Assembly (NCBI RefSeq): GCF_006345805.1
Contig: NC_043001.1
Span: 101,370,001-101,434,000, forward strand
DNA from: Octopus sinensis
Lineage: Eukaryota
Direction of reading: 5' to 3'
DNA: 64,000 bases
A program made the translations under genes and the position numbers. The notes under the pieces were generated by a model. That model ran no database searches. It saw only the letters and a list, made by a program, of their open reading frames with translations, and was not told where the DNA came from. Shown one piece after another: positions 12,481 through 25,465 of this stretch. The first letter of the stretch is position 1. Each line of letters opens with the position of its first letter.

Positions 12481-12530
12481 GCTTGTGTGTGTTTGTATGC
12501 ATGCATTATATATATATATATGCCTATGTA

Positions 12531-12577
<47 letters not shown>

Positions 12578-13581
12578 GCACACACTACCAACACACACAC
12601 AGACATACATACATGCAAAATACAAGTATGTATGTATGTATATAAGGATGTGCTTGACTGTGAGAACAAGTGCATGCAGAAAGCACCTCAATACTTCTTT
12701 ATTTATATATCAGTTTACAAATTTTAATTATTTTTTATTTTGTCTTTTCTGAACCAATAAGAAAAACTAATTGATGAATTGATAATGTGGTATAACAGGA
12801 AGGAAAGAAAGAAGCAGGGAAAGGCCATAAGAGTAACGGTGTGTAAAGAAGGAAGGATTAGAATAGTGGGCGGGGGGGGGGGGGGGAGAAGCTAAATACA
12901 TGTGACCATCAGAATCCAAAATTTACTGACATTCTTACAGCCCAAGTGGAATATTAATTGATCAAAAGTATTTATGGCCATTTAGAATAACAGAATAACA
13001 GAATAAATAGAATGAAGTTTACTTACTACAGTGCAAGAAGTCAACTGAGATGATGTGGAGAAAATCTGAAATATCTAAAGTTCCTAAAAAGGTATATTAA
13101 ACTGATAGTCACTAACCAAAAAATAACAGAAAATAAGAAACGCAAATGGCATAAAATATTTTGGCTATGCATTCTAGAAGGATTAAATAAAAGAAGGAAA
13201 ATATTAAATAATTAATATTGATTGGTGGTTAAAGATAGCAAAATTAAAATTCAAAAATAGAGAGTTGAAATTTGAAAATGTTTTTTTCTTGGTAAATTTC
13301 CCACTTTCTGTGGGGGAAAATAAAGATTAGAAAACAAGATAGGAGGTAATTAGAAGAGAACTAAATTTAAATGTAAATTGGGTAAGTAAACAGACGTGTA
13401 AAAATAGCGATTTATGCTGAAACGCATCAGAAAAAGACATCATCATACAATCGGACATATACATGTATACATGTGTACAAACAACATTTGTGCTTACGAA
13501 CACAGATATATGAGTACATTTGTTATACAAGCATGTGTATACATTCACAAAACACGTGTGTGTGTGTATACATACATACAT

Positions 13582-13656
<75 letters not shown>

Positions 13657-13759
13657 TTTAAAATGAGGGTGAGAAATTGAATATTAATTTGATTAACATC
13701 AATTTAACACCAGTGGTCTAGCATACTAAAATCTGAAAATTCAGGAAATTGTATTATAT

Positions 13760-13952
13760 ACATATGTGAGCGATGACCACTATGTGGACAACCCTTATGC
13801 TAGAAGTAGATCCACTATGGTCTTACCACTAAGAAATGTTCTCAAGAAAAATTTTGCTGTATTTTTCTTGAGAACATTTCTTAGTGGTAAGACCATAGCA
13901 GATCTACTTCTAGCATAAAGGTTGTCCACATAGTGGTCATCACTCTCATATG

Positions 13953-13953
<1 letters not shown>
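13760..13953. repeat. Near-perfect fold-back palindrome (~93-bp arms, 8-nt loop)
   Basis: 13760-13852 is the reverse complement of 13861-13953 with 5 mismatches; loop TTTGCTGT; TA-rich flanks. Confidence 0.95.
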
Positions 13954-14002
<49 letters not shown>

Positions 14003-14075
14003 TTTATACAAGAATATACATAATATATGTAGCTGAGTGCACAAATATATTGGCAGGTATTATGTGAACAGATAG

Positions 14076-14110
<35 letters not shown>

Positions 14111-14249
14111 ATGTATGTATGTATTGTGTACGTCTTATGAATGCATCCCTTTTGATTCCTCATCTTGTATATGTTTGAGATTAAGTTTTCCTGTCTCATG
14201 TGCACGCATGTGTGTGCATGCATTTATACATGCACACATTCACACACAG

Positions 14250-14295
<46 letters not shown>

Positions 14296-14349
14296 ACACA
14301 CATAATTTCATGTGTGATAATAAAGTCTGGAATCAAAGGACCCTAGAGT

Positions 14350-15170
14350 TAATTTAGCAAAGACCAAGACAAATCACTGGCCCCTTCTGAGAGATGGCCC
14401 TGCTCAATATGTAGAAAAGGTGAAGGTAGAAACTGCATAAGGTGTACCCCATGCAAGCTGTGGAAACAAGAAATGCAGTAATGTGAGAGGAAGGTTAACA
14501 GAGAAACTAGTCTTTGTGTATGGCAGGTGTGCAGGTAGAGTATAGACTGGTAGAAAGTAGAGAAGACAGACTTTGTCAAATGCCCAGAGGGATCCTTATG
14601 AATACTAGGTAGCTTCTGTTACCCAGGTGACCAAGTCAACAGAGGAGGTGGATGCTGTGAGAGCATAGTTACTAGAATAAGAATGGGACGGGCCAAGTTC
14701 AGAGAGCTTCCACCTATGATGGTAAAATAAGGTTTCTCTCTCAGAGAGAAAGGCAGATTGTATGATGTCTGTGTACTAATAACTATGCTGAGTGGCAGTG
14801 AAACATGGTCTGTGGCTGCAGAGGACATGTGAAGGTGTGAAAGAAATGAAGCCAGCATGCTCTGCAGGATGTGCAATGTCAGTGTCCATGTGTGGCACAG
14901 TGAGTGCATCAAGAGAAAGATTGAGTATAAGAGGTATTATTTGTATAGTGCAAGAGAGACAGCTGCAATGGTCTGGTCATGAAATGCACATGGACGAGTG
15001 CAGTTGCATAAAGAAGTGCTGATATCTAATTGTGGAGGAAACCTGTGGAAGGGAAGACGTGGGACAATGTGGTGAGAAAGGATCTTCAGATACTGAACCT
15101 CAGTGAGGAGATGACAAGGGCATGAAACCACTGGCAATTTGCAGAGGTTGAGAAGACACCCATCCATGTG
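14350..15170 (+). pseudogene. RTE-clade LINE 3' fragment (RT C-terminus)
   Basis: INLAKTK, SFCY(P/L)GDQVNRGGGCCESIVTRIRMGRAKFREL, ERQLQWSGHEMHMDE, and a GRxTWDNVVRKDL-like end. Stops and frameshifts present. Confidence 0.85.
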
Positions 15171-15205
15171 GATATATATGATGGAATATATATATACATA
15201 CATAT

Positions 15206-15237
<32 letters not shown>

Positions 15238-16424
15238 GAATGAAAGGACACTGTTTGATTAATTGATTAATTGATCAAATAATTATCAAGTAATCAATTA
15301 GCTAATTGTATATTTTGTTAGTTAGTTGACCTGTAGTAAAAAATGACACACATGATCGAATGAACCATAACATATAAAGAATCAATAATCCTTTTTCCAA
15401 CCCAAAGACTTTCTACAAAACTTTTGCTGTCAAATCAGAAAAAAAAACCAATTTTACTATTCTTTCTACACTTGATTTATAAACGTGGGCTTTCTTCTTC
15501 CTCTTCAACATTTTCCTTTCTTTTTTACATTCTAGTTTTTCTTCTTCCTCCCTTTTTTCACTCGCCTAATTAAAAAGTTCATGAAGACACTTTTTTATAT
15601 GCCACAAAATACACCAAAATCACTGCCAGATTGCTCCTTTATCAATGTGAAACACAAAATATTTATAAATTATTCTGACAAAGTGCTGTTTGTTCACTAC
15701 AGATCTGCCTTCCCCATCGGTGCTAAGACCAATACATATAAAATGAACTCAACATGTCCAAAAGAGATGCAATGAGACCAAAGATTGGGCCATCTGTACT
15801 ATTCAATTCTAAAAGGAGTTCTGGTGATCGTCTGGTACTCAGCATCTGTTACTGCTGCCTTCAGTGCCCTAAATTCAGGAAATGAAAGTACTCTTTCAAC
15901 GCCTGATTTCTGAATATATGACACTTGTGATATATTCCACAAGACCATCTGCAAGAAGAGTGATATATGCAACTGCTGCGCTCAGGACATCTCCAACAAG
16001 AATACCAAAGAACCAGTTCCCTTATGACTGAAACCCATGCATGCTGACCAACTATACACATGTACAAGAGTTAAGGCATGAAATGTGTATTTTAGTTAAG
16101 CTATTTTACATGGATGTCAAAGAGTCTCTCTACAGACAAACAGCATCGTTGAAGAAAACCTCTAAAAAGGCAGTAACATGAACACATTGCATTCTTCATT
16201 AATGCCAGTGAGGGGCAGGTTAAAGAAGTCATTAGAACTGAAAAAACACAAATGGTTTGAACTGCATGAGACATTCTCAGTATAGGAAAATACTACAAAC
16301 ATATGTCCCACAGCTCAAGGAACACAATCTATGAATCCAAATTTCATATTTCTACATACATGGTCTTTTAACCAAAGCACACACACACACATGCTGACAT
16401 AATGTTGCCTAAATACTTCTAAAA

Positions 16425-16562
16425 GAGGGTTCCTGGTTCAGTCCCACTGCGTGGCACCTTGGGCAAGTGTCTTCTACTATAGCCTCAGACTGGCCAAAGC
16501 CTTTTGAGTGGATTTGATAGACAGAAACTGAAAGAAGCCCATCGTATGTATATAGATATATA

Positions 16563-16595
<33 letters not shown>

Positions 16596-16632
16596 GTCTG
16601 TGTTTGTCCCCATCATCGCTTGACAACCAAAA
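16425..16632 (+). mobile_element. Main tRNA/CORE-like SINE, partial copy
   Basis: GGTTCAGTCCCACTGCGTGGCACCTTGGGCAAGTGTCTTCTACTATAGCC...GAAACTGAAAGAAGCCC, then an internal (TA)(TG) tract. Confidence 0.85.
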
Positions 16633-16789
16633 GAATAAAAGTATATATGATGTGCACATAAAAATATACACCTCTTGTATTTTAGAAATAAATGTACATG
16701 CCTTGTGTATCTGTGCATCCAACTATTCATCTGGTGATCTAAGCATAAACGTATGAATACATAGAAGAGTCTCGATATACACACTGGCA

Positions 16790-17042
16790 CACACACTCAC
16801 TCACTCATGTACACACACACACTCATACACATGCACACACACAAGCACACACACGCACACACTTACACACACGTGCACACACACACATGCACACACACAC
16901 ACGCTCACACACATGCACACACACACACTCACACATGCATACACACAAGCAGAAGCACGCACACACACACACACACATACTCACACATGCACACACACAA
17001 GCACACACACATACACACACACACGCGCGCACGTACACATGT
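16790..17042. repeat. Degenerate (CA)n tract
   Basis: Direct reading. Confidence 0.9.
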
Positions 17043-17579
17043 GGCATAGACTGAGATAATTAATGTCTGCAAACGAAGAGATGAAACCTGCACAGTGTCT
17101 AGTATCCATTCCACACTTCCTCTGTTATTTATGAGGGAAAGAGATGAGAGACAAAGAGACCAACCATACGGAGAAGAAGCTGATAGACAGATGGTCTGAT
17201 GATGCCCAATCCTATGTCACTGATACCATCATGCCTAAGTCATCACTTCAGTAGTGTAATGTTTTCCATAATCTTGAAACTGGGTTTTCTTCTTTTAGTA
17301 TGGATCAATCTCGGAAAATACCATTTACCACTTTCCCACCTCACACACATACACACATACATATACACATACACACTGCTGTGCATGTGTACACAAGTAT
17401 ATATATATATCTATGCAGACTTACATATGCACACGCATGCACACAGATAGATGCATTTGAACACACAAGCCCGTTCGTTCCTACGTAAACGCACCCACAC
17501 CAAACTAGAAATGGAGAAAAGTGTTTCTGTAAATTATGTGTCCATTTGGCAATAAACTCAGTCAAAGCAAACATCTATG

Positions 17580-17870
17580 GCAAGAAGAAGAAGAAGAAGA
17601 AGAGGAAGAGGAAGAAGAAGAAGGAGAAGGAGAAGGAGGAGAAGGAGAAGGAGAGGAGGAGGAGGAGGAGGAGGAGGAGGAGGAAGAGGAAGAAGAAGAA
17701 GAAGAAGAAGAAGAAGAAAAAGAAGGAGAAGAAAAAGAAGAAGAAGAAGAACAACAACAACAACAACAAAAACAAAAACAACAACAACCGAACAAAAGGA
17801 ACATCGTCAACAACAACAGCAATGACAGCAACAACAACAACAATAACAGTAACAATAGCAATCATAGCAA
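17580..17870. repeat. Compound (GAA/GAG)n-(CAA)n tract
   Basis: Direct reading; gives open poly-E, poly-K/R and poly-S frames. Confidence 0.9.
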
Positions 17871-18439
17871 AATTTTCAATTTCCAAGCAAAAGCCAAAGA
17901 GAGTTCTAATGGCCGTAAGAAGAGCAGAAATGATTACAACTCAACAAAGAAGCCTCCACATGACAGCTTACCCTACACTAGAAACAGCAGCCAAATGTCT
18001 AATTTTGCTGCATGGTATCATTAGATTAATTAGTCCATATTTTGTCAGGCATCTCTTTCCACAGATCATCTTTTTTGACAAAGTTACTACTCTGGCTAAA
18101 GCAATGACCAGGACTGAGTGTTCAATATCTGGGCAGATTCTCACAGTTTGCTATTAATTAGCTGATGTTGTCACTGGAATATCATTCTGCATTCTGTTGA
18201 AACTCCATGATGGGCAAGAATAACAATATTTTCAGAGAAAGAATGGTTATTGAGTAGAATCATTTGAAAAATCTCGTCTAGATAACCTTCTGCTTTAAAA
18301 CAATTGACAACTTCCCAAAATTCCTGATCTGGTAATGCTACTAAGGGAAGGGCAATACTATTCCAGGTTAAATTCTACAGACAGGGAAGTACCAGCAAGC
18401 CAGGTCTATCTAAACAACGAAACATACTCATTGTGTCTA

Positions 18440-18750
18440 AGCTTCACTGATCAGTGTAAATATGTGAAATAGTTAGAAAATTACAACTTTTAAATCTCAC
18501 AACATGAGATATTCAGCAACAGTACTTTGGAGTAAAGATTGTTTGCCAACATAACATGGCAGTCCTGGTTTAGGATGAATGTTGCTGTAATTTAGCCCCA
18601 GGAGACATCGTCTCCAGCTGGCTATACGACACAATCTGTGTCCTTATATTTTCAAACAAAGGAATCTAAGCAATATCTGTGTATCGCGTTTTCTGGGTTA
18701 TTTCTCTTCATCAACACAGAATAATTGCTCAGCTAGAGGTGAAATAGTTG
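18440..18750 (+). mobile_element. Unclassified interspersed repeat (copies at 31188-31625 and 51035-51290)
   Basis: Shared GTAAAGATTGTTTGCCAACATAACATGGCAGTCCTGG..TAGGA(C/T)GAATGTTGCTGTAATTTAG and CAGCTGGCTATAC(G/A)ACAC. Confidence 0.75.
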
Positions 18751-19358
18751 TTTAGCAAGCAGTCCATTGTGGACATTGTGCTGTTCACTGACTTTCTCCT
18801 ATACAGGAAAGCTATATGACTGCTTAGTCAGACCTGGTCTGGGGTTACTCAACAACAGCACCAACAACAACATATTCGCTTTACATGCAACCACTGCTGT
18901 TATTGCAACAATACTGCAGCTACCACCAAGAGGTACCACTTCACATACTACCACTGCAACTACTACTAAACAGTGTTGGTTAACACCACATCACAATAAC
19001 CCCTACAAGCCAAAGGGGCAGCCAGTGTGGATGCTTAATCTGCTGGAAACAGCAGCTGTATGTCTCTTTGATACACCCTACGATATTATAATGGAGGTGC
19101 ATAACCTAAGGGTTCGGGTGTTGCACTCATGGTCACCAGATCATGGGTTCAATATCTACATCAGGCAGCATGTTGTGTTCTTGAGCAAAACACTTCATTT
19201 CACGTTGCTGTGTGGAGACCAGCATGCCAAAAAAATCATCATCATCATCATCATGATGTTCATAACAATTTTGTACAAGATTCTACTGCACCAGGCTTAT
19301 GTGCTTTTGTGAGGGCACATGGCCTAGTGGTTAGTGGGTTGCACTCAAGGTCGCTAGT

Positions 19359-19655
19359 GGAGGCACATGGCCTAGTGGATGGAGCAGCAGACTTGCGGTC
19401 AAGGGATCGTGGGTTCAAGTCTCAGATCAGGCGATATGTGTGTTTATGAGTGAATCACCTAAGCTCCATGCGGCTCTGGCAGAAGGTAATGGCGAACCTC
19501 AGCTGACTCTTTCGCCACAACTTTCTCTCACTCTTTCCTCCTGCATCTTGCAGCTCACCTGCGACAGACCAGCGTCCTGTCTAGGTGGGGAACCTATACG
19601 CCAAGGAAACCGGGAAACTGCCCCTGTGAGCCAGGCATGGCTCAAGGAGGAACAA
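19359..19655 (+). mobile_element. tRNA-derived SINE with V-domain-like 3' part; preceded by a duplicated truncated head at 19312-19358
   Basis: A-box TGGCCTAGTGG, B-box GGGTTCAAGTCT, GCAGCTCACCTGCGACAGACCAGCGTCCTGTCTAGG, and end GAAACCGGGAAACTG. Confidence 0.7.
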
Positions 19656-20399
19656 ACAACAAAACTCAAGGTCACTAGAGTTTAATTCCTACACCAGGTG
19701 GCATGTGTGCTTGAGCAAAACACTTCATTTCACGTTGCTTTGTGGAGACCAGCATGTGAAAGAATTGACCAAATATTTCCTCTGTGTGTCGTAAAAGGCA
19801 ACTAAAAGAACTAGGATCTGCACTCCAACCTCCTAAAAGCCTCACCTGCAACAACTGCCTAAACACACCCATGTACTGGAGGGTTGTCACCTGAACAGTG
19901 CAAAGGTGTCATCCACCAGGAGTGGGAGGGAACCACCAACAAACGGTGGATGCAGTGACATACTGCTGTTACAGTGCTTATCTCCCCACCCCCTCATACT
20001 GTTGCTGTCTTAGAAAAAGAGACATTGCATTGTGTAGTCTGAGATACACAGTCTGATCAGATAATCATGGCTCGAATACTTGGAATAAAAATCTGTGAAA
20101 TCTTGGGCCGAACAAGAAGAGTAGACATGATTAGATTGGCCTAGTTCTCTCCACATGGCACCAAATTCTTCTCTTTCATCACCAAATCAGTTACTACAAC
20201 ACAACCACTACTAACACTATATCACTACTTCCACCACAGTCAAGACACACCATCAATGAGAAGAGACACTGCTTTGGTCATTATAGCCACCACATCACTT
20301 TAGTGACTCTAATTAATGAAACATCATTATAACCATCACATCCTGACAACATTAGTTGACTGACCTACACTCTCAGCACTACAGCTCCCACTATACCTA

Positions 20400-20600
20400 T
20401 GACAGAATAGTGACCACCACCACCACCACCACCACCACCACCACCACCACTACAAACACTACCACAGCAACCATTACCACCATCACCACAACCACCCCCA
20501 AAGCGACTCCACCACCAAAATCACCTCATCAACCACCAGCACCACAACTACAAACACTACCACAGAAACCACCACCACCACCACCACCACCATACTGTTA
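20400..20600. repeat. (CAC)n low-complexity tract, followed by (CA)n at 20895-21095
   Basis: Direct reading. Confidence 0.9.
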
Positions 20601-21679
20601 TAGTCATGTGACATGCTGACTTTTAAGAATTATTTGTTAAAAAGTTGAAGTAGCATAGGAAGGGGGAAGATCCCTGACCATTTTCAGGGCCTCCCTGGGC
20701 TGGTGGGAAGAAGAGGGAAAGTTATTCTCAGATTGAAGACCTGATAAAGGGACCCAAGACAAAGGTGGTGTGTTAAACGAAGCAAAGAATTAAGTTTACC
20801 CCACCCCCACATCAAGATCACTAGGAATACATCTCACCACATCATCTCAACACATTGAGTTCAATTTAATCAACTCCTAACACCACACATTCTCTAACAC
20901 ACACACACATACCTACACACACACACATGCACACACACACGCACACACACATACCCACACGCACACACACACACACGCGCACACACACACGCACACCTAC
21001 ACACACACGCACACACACACACATACATACACACACATACCCACACACACACGCACACACACACACACAACACACACACACACACACACACACAAAACGA
21101 TGCTTGGCCTTCTGCCTTCTCACATGAAACCCTATATGTCAACAGTTTGTTCTGCGGGGTGGCTTTTTGCCAAATTGATAAAATCCTGATAATTTTACAC
21201 TGGTTTAGCACAGAAACACCTTTGTTGACTTATTTCAGTTTGTGTCCACAACATTGCTTTCTATTTCCCACCAATTTCTTGTGAATTTCCTGCCATATTT
21301 TAAATAATTCTCTCTTCTTTATATCCTCTATCATTACTGAATCCGACCTATTTATTTTACCCCTTCCAATTTCCTCCTCACCGCCACTTTCATCAAAACA
21401 TCAAAACTGATTTCACAAGCTCACATCACCATGTTTATTTTATTCCCTTACTTCATTTTTTTATTTTTTTTATTAAAATTCCTGATATTTCATTCATATT
21501 GTTTGTTTTTATGTTTGTTTACTGGTTTCTTGCTGTTATTTTCTTTGTTGACTACGATTCTATTGCTTTGGAGAATATGTCATGACATCTGTGAAATCTC
21601 ACCATATCTCTCTCTTTCTCCCCCCTCTCTCTCTCTCCCTTTCTATCTATCTATTCACATTTCACTATTTACCCATTAT

Positions 21680-22122
21680 ATACAGATGCATATATATATA
21701 TATATATATTTGCATATGTGTGTTTGTGCATATGTATATGTATACATACATTTATATGCATATATATATAAAAATGAATACACACAAGTATATACATTCA
21801 CAAATGTATACACAAACACAAACACACACACATATATATATATATATATACATGCATATATATATATATATACAGGTATGTATGTGTGTGTATACATAAG
21901 TGTGTGTGGAGAAAGAGTGAGAGAGAGAGAAAGAGAGCAATGGAGAAGAAAGAGAGAAAAACATACGCACAAGCGTTACATACAAATACATATATGTGTG
22001 CATAAATACACACACACACACGTACACACCTATGTATCTGTCTATGTATGCATTGGTGTATATGTATATGTATATGTGTGTGTTTATATGCATGTGTGTG
22101 TATGTGTGTGTGTTTGTACATA

Positions 22123-22158
<36 letters not shown>

Positions 22159-22380
22159 TGTATGTATGTATGTATGTATGTATGCATGTATGTATATATC
22201 TATGTTTCTATGTATATACACACATATATAGAGATAAATAAATAGATTGATAGATTGATATATATATATAGATAGATAGATACATAGATACATAGATACA
22301 TACATATATACATACATGTGTGTGTGTGTGTGTGTGTGGTGTGTGTGTGTGTGTGTGTGTGTGCATGTGTGTGTACCCAT
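21680..22380. repeat. Compound microsatellite cluster (TA/TG/CA/TATG/GATA)
   Basis: Direct reading; source of the 266-aa ORF at 21431-22231. Confidence 0.9.
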
Positions 22381-22996
22381 ACAAACACATGTATGTATAT
22401 GTGCCAGATGATGTAGCATTTGTTTTCGTGTACCTCAGCTTGTCTCTTTCATCCGGCTGTTTATATCTGATTCAGATTATATCAGTTTGTCTACTTCTCG
22501 CAAAGGTATGGAGGGACAGAAATTTTATATTTAAAAAAAAACAAAAAAAAAAAAAAAAATCGTGTATCGTACACAATATTTCAATTATTATTGAACATCT
22601 TGGTGATCATTCTTCATTCTTCAGTTCAGGCAACTTGAACAATGCCATCTTCTGGTTCAAATGACTTTTTAACCCAACGACCAGCATCTGTCTGTAAAAC
22701 TATAAAACCGATTCCTTCCTTTATTGTCTGTTTAAGTAACTTTACACCTGAAACTAGATAAAAAAAAATATGTGTTGGGTCAGTGGAGTGAGCGTGGCAA
22801 CACAAGTGAAAGACTGTCTGAAGAAGACATTTAAGTTGCCTTTTATATCTCTCGAGCAACGGATATTTATGCTTCCCTCTCTTTCCACTCTCTCTTTGTC
22901 TTTTGCTCTTTCTCCCTCTCTCTCTCCCCCCTCTCTCTCTCCCTCTCTCTCCCCTCTCTCTCCTCCTTTCTCTCCCTCTCCGCACATACACACAGG

Positions 22997-23432
22997 GGTT
23001 GTACTGGCAGAATTATTACTGTGCCAGGCAAAATGCTTTGGTAATATTTCTTCCAGCTTTGCATTCTGAGTTCAAATTCCACTGAGGTTGGCTTTACTGG
23101 TCATCCCTCTCAGGGTCGATGCAATAAGTACCAGTTAAGCACTGGGGGGGGGGTTGATGTAATTGGCTTACCCACTCCCATGAAATTGCTGGCTTTGTGC
23201 TGAAATTTGAAACCAAAAAAGCATCAAGCTGGCAGAATCATTAGCATGCTGAGGATTAATGCTTAGCAGCATTTCATCCATGCTTGCATTCTGAGTTCAA
23301 ATCACATTGAGGTCAACTTTACCTTTTATCCTTTTGGGGTCGATAAAACAAGTACTAGTTGATTATTGGGAATTGATGTAGTTGACTTACTCCCTACCCA
23401 TAAATTACTGGTGTTGTACTAAAACTTGAAAT
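22997..23432 (+). mobile_element. Tandem pair of Nin-domain-like tRNA-derived SINEs
   Basis: Two units, each CTGGCAGAAT..TTA..GCATTCTGAGTTCAAAT.. then GGGTCGAT..AA(T/C)AAGTAC(C/T)AGTT..A(C/T)TGGG..TTGATGTA(A/G)TTG.C. Other copies at ~2940-3005, 35930-36125, 38520-38600 (-) and 53290-53480 (-). Confidence 0.7.
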
Positions 23433-24074
23433 CAGAAAGGTAATCACAAGTGATCAACACCTTTAGAGATATGCCGTGCTTGAGAAGACCTATTAAGTCA
23501 AGTGAGATCGTAGTTGCGGCTGATGCCAATGTTGCATAACTGGCCTCTTAAAAGCCCCCTTCAATCACTGGACAATATGCTGTGCTTGTGAAGACCTGTC
23601 AGGCCAAGTGAAATTGTAGTACAATAAAACATTCAGGCAGAGATAGACGATACAAGGCGGACAAGAGAAACAACAATTAGAAGGACAAGCTAAAAAAAGA
23701 TGGGTCACTCGTGGGCCCCCTTTACTCAGTTAAGTTCCAGAAGCTACGACTGTTTCAAGTAGTTACACTGGAGACGGTTTGATCTGGCTGCCCCCAAAAA
23801 TGTCTAAGCTAAGAGCATTTGTAAATAACCATTGTAAATAACCTAGCAAATGTGTATGGCAACAAAGACAAAAAAACAGAGAACATGGTACACAAAAAGA
23901 TGAAAAATGGAGAACATGGTACACAATTACGAATACAAACAACATTGAGTTCAATTGGAACATTTTTACTTGGGTGGGGGTCCAAAGTTAGATTTCTAAT
24001 AAAGATTCTTCATATTAAATTTGTAGCTTACTATTGCAAGTATTTTATTAAAAATATGAAAATTTTACAAGTAT

Positions 24075-24409
24075 AAGATGTATTATGAGCTTTTATAGAC
24101 CACAGTCCTATATAAACTCAACAAACAATTAAAGATGGAGAAGAGAAAATGTTAAAAGTTTTATAAAATTGTAATCCATGCATACGATCATTTCAAATGG
24201 TAACACCAACATGTAAGAGATTAAATTAATTATAATTAATTGATTTAATTTTAATTAATTTAATCTCTTACATGTTGGTATTACCATTTGAAACGATTGT
24301 GTGCATGGATTAAAACTTTATATAACTTTTAACATCTTCTCTTCTCCATCTTTCATTCTTTGTTGAGTTTATATAAGACTGTGTTCTATAAACGCTCATA
24401 GTACACCTT
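24075..24409. repeat. Fold-back palindrome (158-bp arms, 19-nt AT-rich spacer)
   Basis: 24075-24232 is the reverse complement of 24252-24409, about 90% identical by eye. Confidence 0.9.
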
Positions 24410-24410
24410 A

Positions 24411-24950
24411 TCTCGTTCTATATAAACGGCAGTTTATCTGTCTGTGTGTCTGTCAGGTTGTACCCTCACCCTAACCACGGCTTTCAACCGATTCTGATGA
24501 AACTAAACACACACATAGCCCAATGTCATAATTCAAAACTAACGCGGCGAAAATTTTGAAAAGTTCCCCCAGTTTTGAAAATGATCGATAAATTCGACAT
24601 GGGGTCGAGAATCTCAGCTTTTTATATGCAACACATTTTCTGTTGTAGTTTTTGCAACCTGCAATCGATTTTCACCAAACTCATGGGGAAGCTTAATGTT
24701 ATCTTAAGAAACTTAATTCTGACGTTAGTTTTCCATGCAATACCTTACCATCAGAAAAAATCGATAAAATCATGCCATTTGGGGAAATCGCGTTTTCGGC
24801 CAAAGGGACAGCTAGGAACATCGTATACACAGAAGACATTGCAACCTACACATGCGCCTTCGTTCCCTAGAGGGAAAGGACTAGATTGGGATTAGTCGTT
24901 ACCTACTAGGGGCTCTTACATACCCGGGCAACACCGGGCTATGCTGCTAG
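24411..24950 (+). mobile_element. Non-autonomous Helitron (Lep1-like)
   Basis: A|TCTCGTTCTATATAAA...CTGTCTGTGTGTCTG start; hairpin CCCGG-GCAACA-CCGGG at 24923-24938; end CTAG|T. Confidence 0.9.
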
Positions 24951-24952
24951 TA

Positions 24953-24992
<40 letters not shown>

Positions 24993-25299
24993 AAGCAATG
25001 TATCAGAAAGAATAGAATTGTTGCAGAAGAGAAGATGGAATTTATATTTAGGGATTCTGTATAGGACCATGTGTGGAAGTGCTACTGCAAAGGCTATTAG
25101 AAGTGGAAAATGCAAGGGAAAAAGAAACCCAATAGAAGGATTAAGCATTCCAGTAGACATTTGTTTGATAGTTAAAGCAACTAAGGATATGGAAAGTAAG
25201 GAAAGCTTCTGGTCCACCAGGAATTACCTCTAGAATACTCAAAGCATCTGGCTGAGTAAGAGACTGGCTTGTTGGCTTTTAATTAATCATGTCATATCA

Positions 25300-25465
25300 G
25301 AAGGTCACATGAATAGTGACTTGCTTCGGAGCATCACAGTCAACTTTTATTGGAGTAAACAAGATGCTTTAGGGAAATAGTGACAGAGGTATCAAATTGC
25401 TGGATGAGGTCATGGAAGCTATGGAAAGAGTTATAGCTCAGTTATTAAGAATCAGGTTAGTCTAT
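25300..25465 (+). pseudogene. RTE LINE RT fragment
   Basis: DRGIKLLDEVMEAMERVIAQLLRIRL matches the recalled YRGIKLLDQVMKVTERVIAQLIR motif of RTE RT. Confidence 0.7.

Noticed and set aside
13760-13852. Hammerhead inside the 13.8 kb hairpin (G(C/T)GATGA...GAAATGTT)
   Set aside because: Position 3 is G in both arms, the halves are ~65 nt apart with no closing stem II, and the orientation differs from the true pairs.
17536-18157. Poly-Glu / poly-Lys-Arg ORFs
   Set aside because: The (GAA/GAG/CAA)n tract is open in several frames and on both strands; no splice or homology support.
21431-22231. 266-aa ORF and the many MYVC/HTYI/IYIY ORFs across the window
   Set aside because: They are translations of stop-poor microsatellites, with no domain content.
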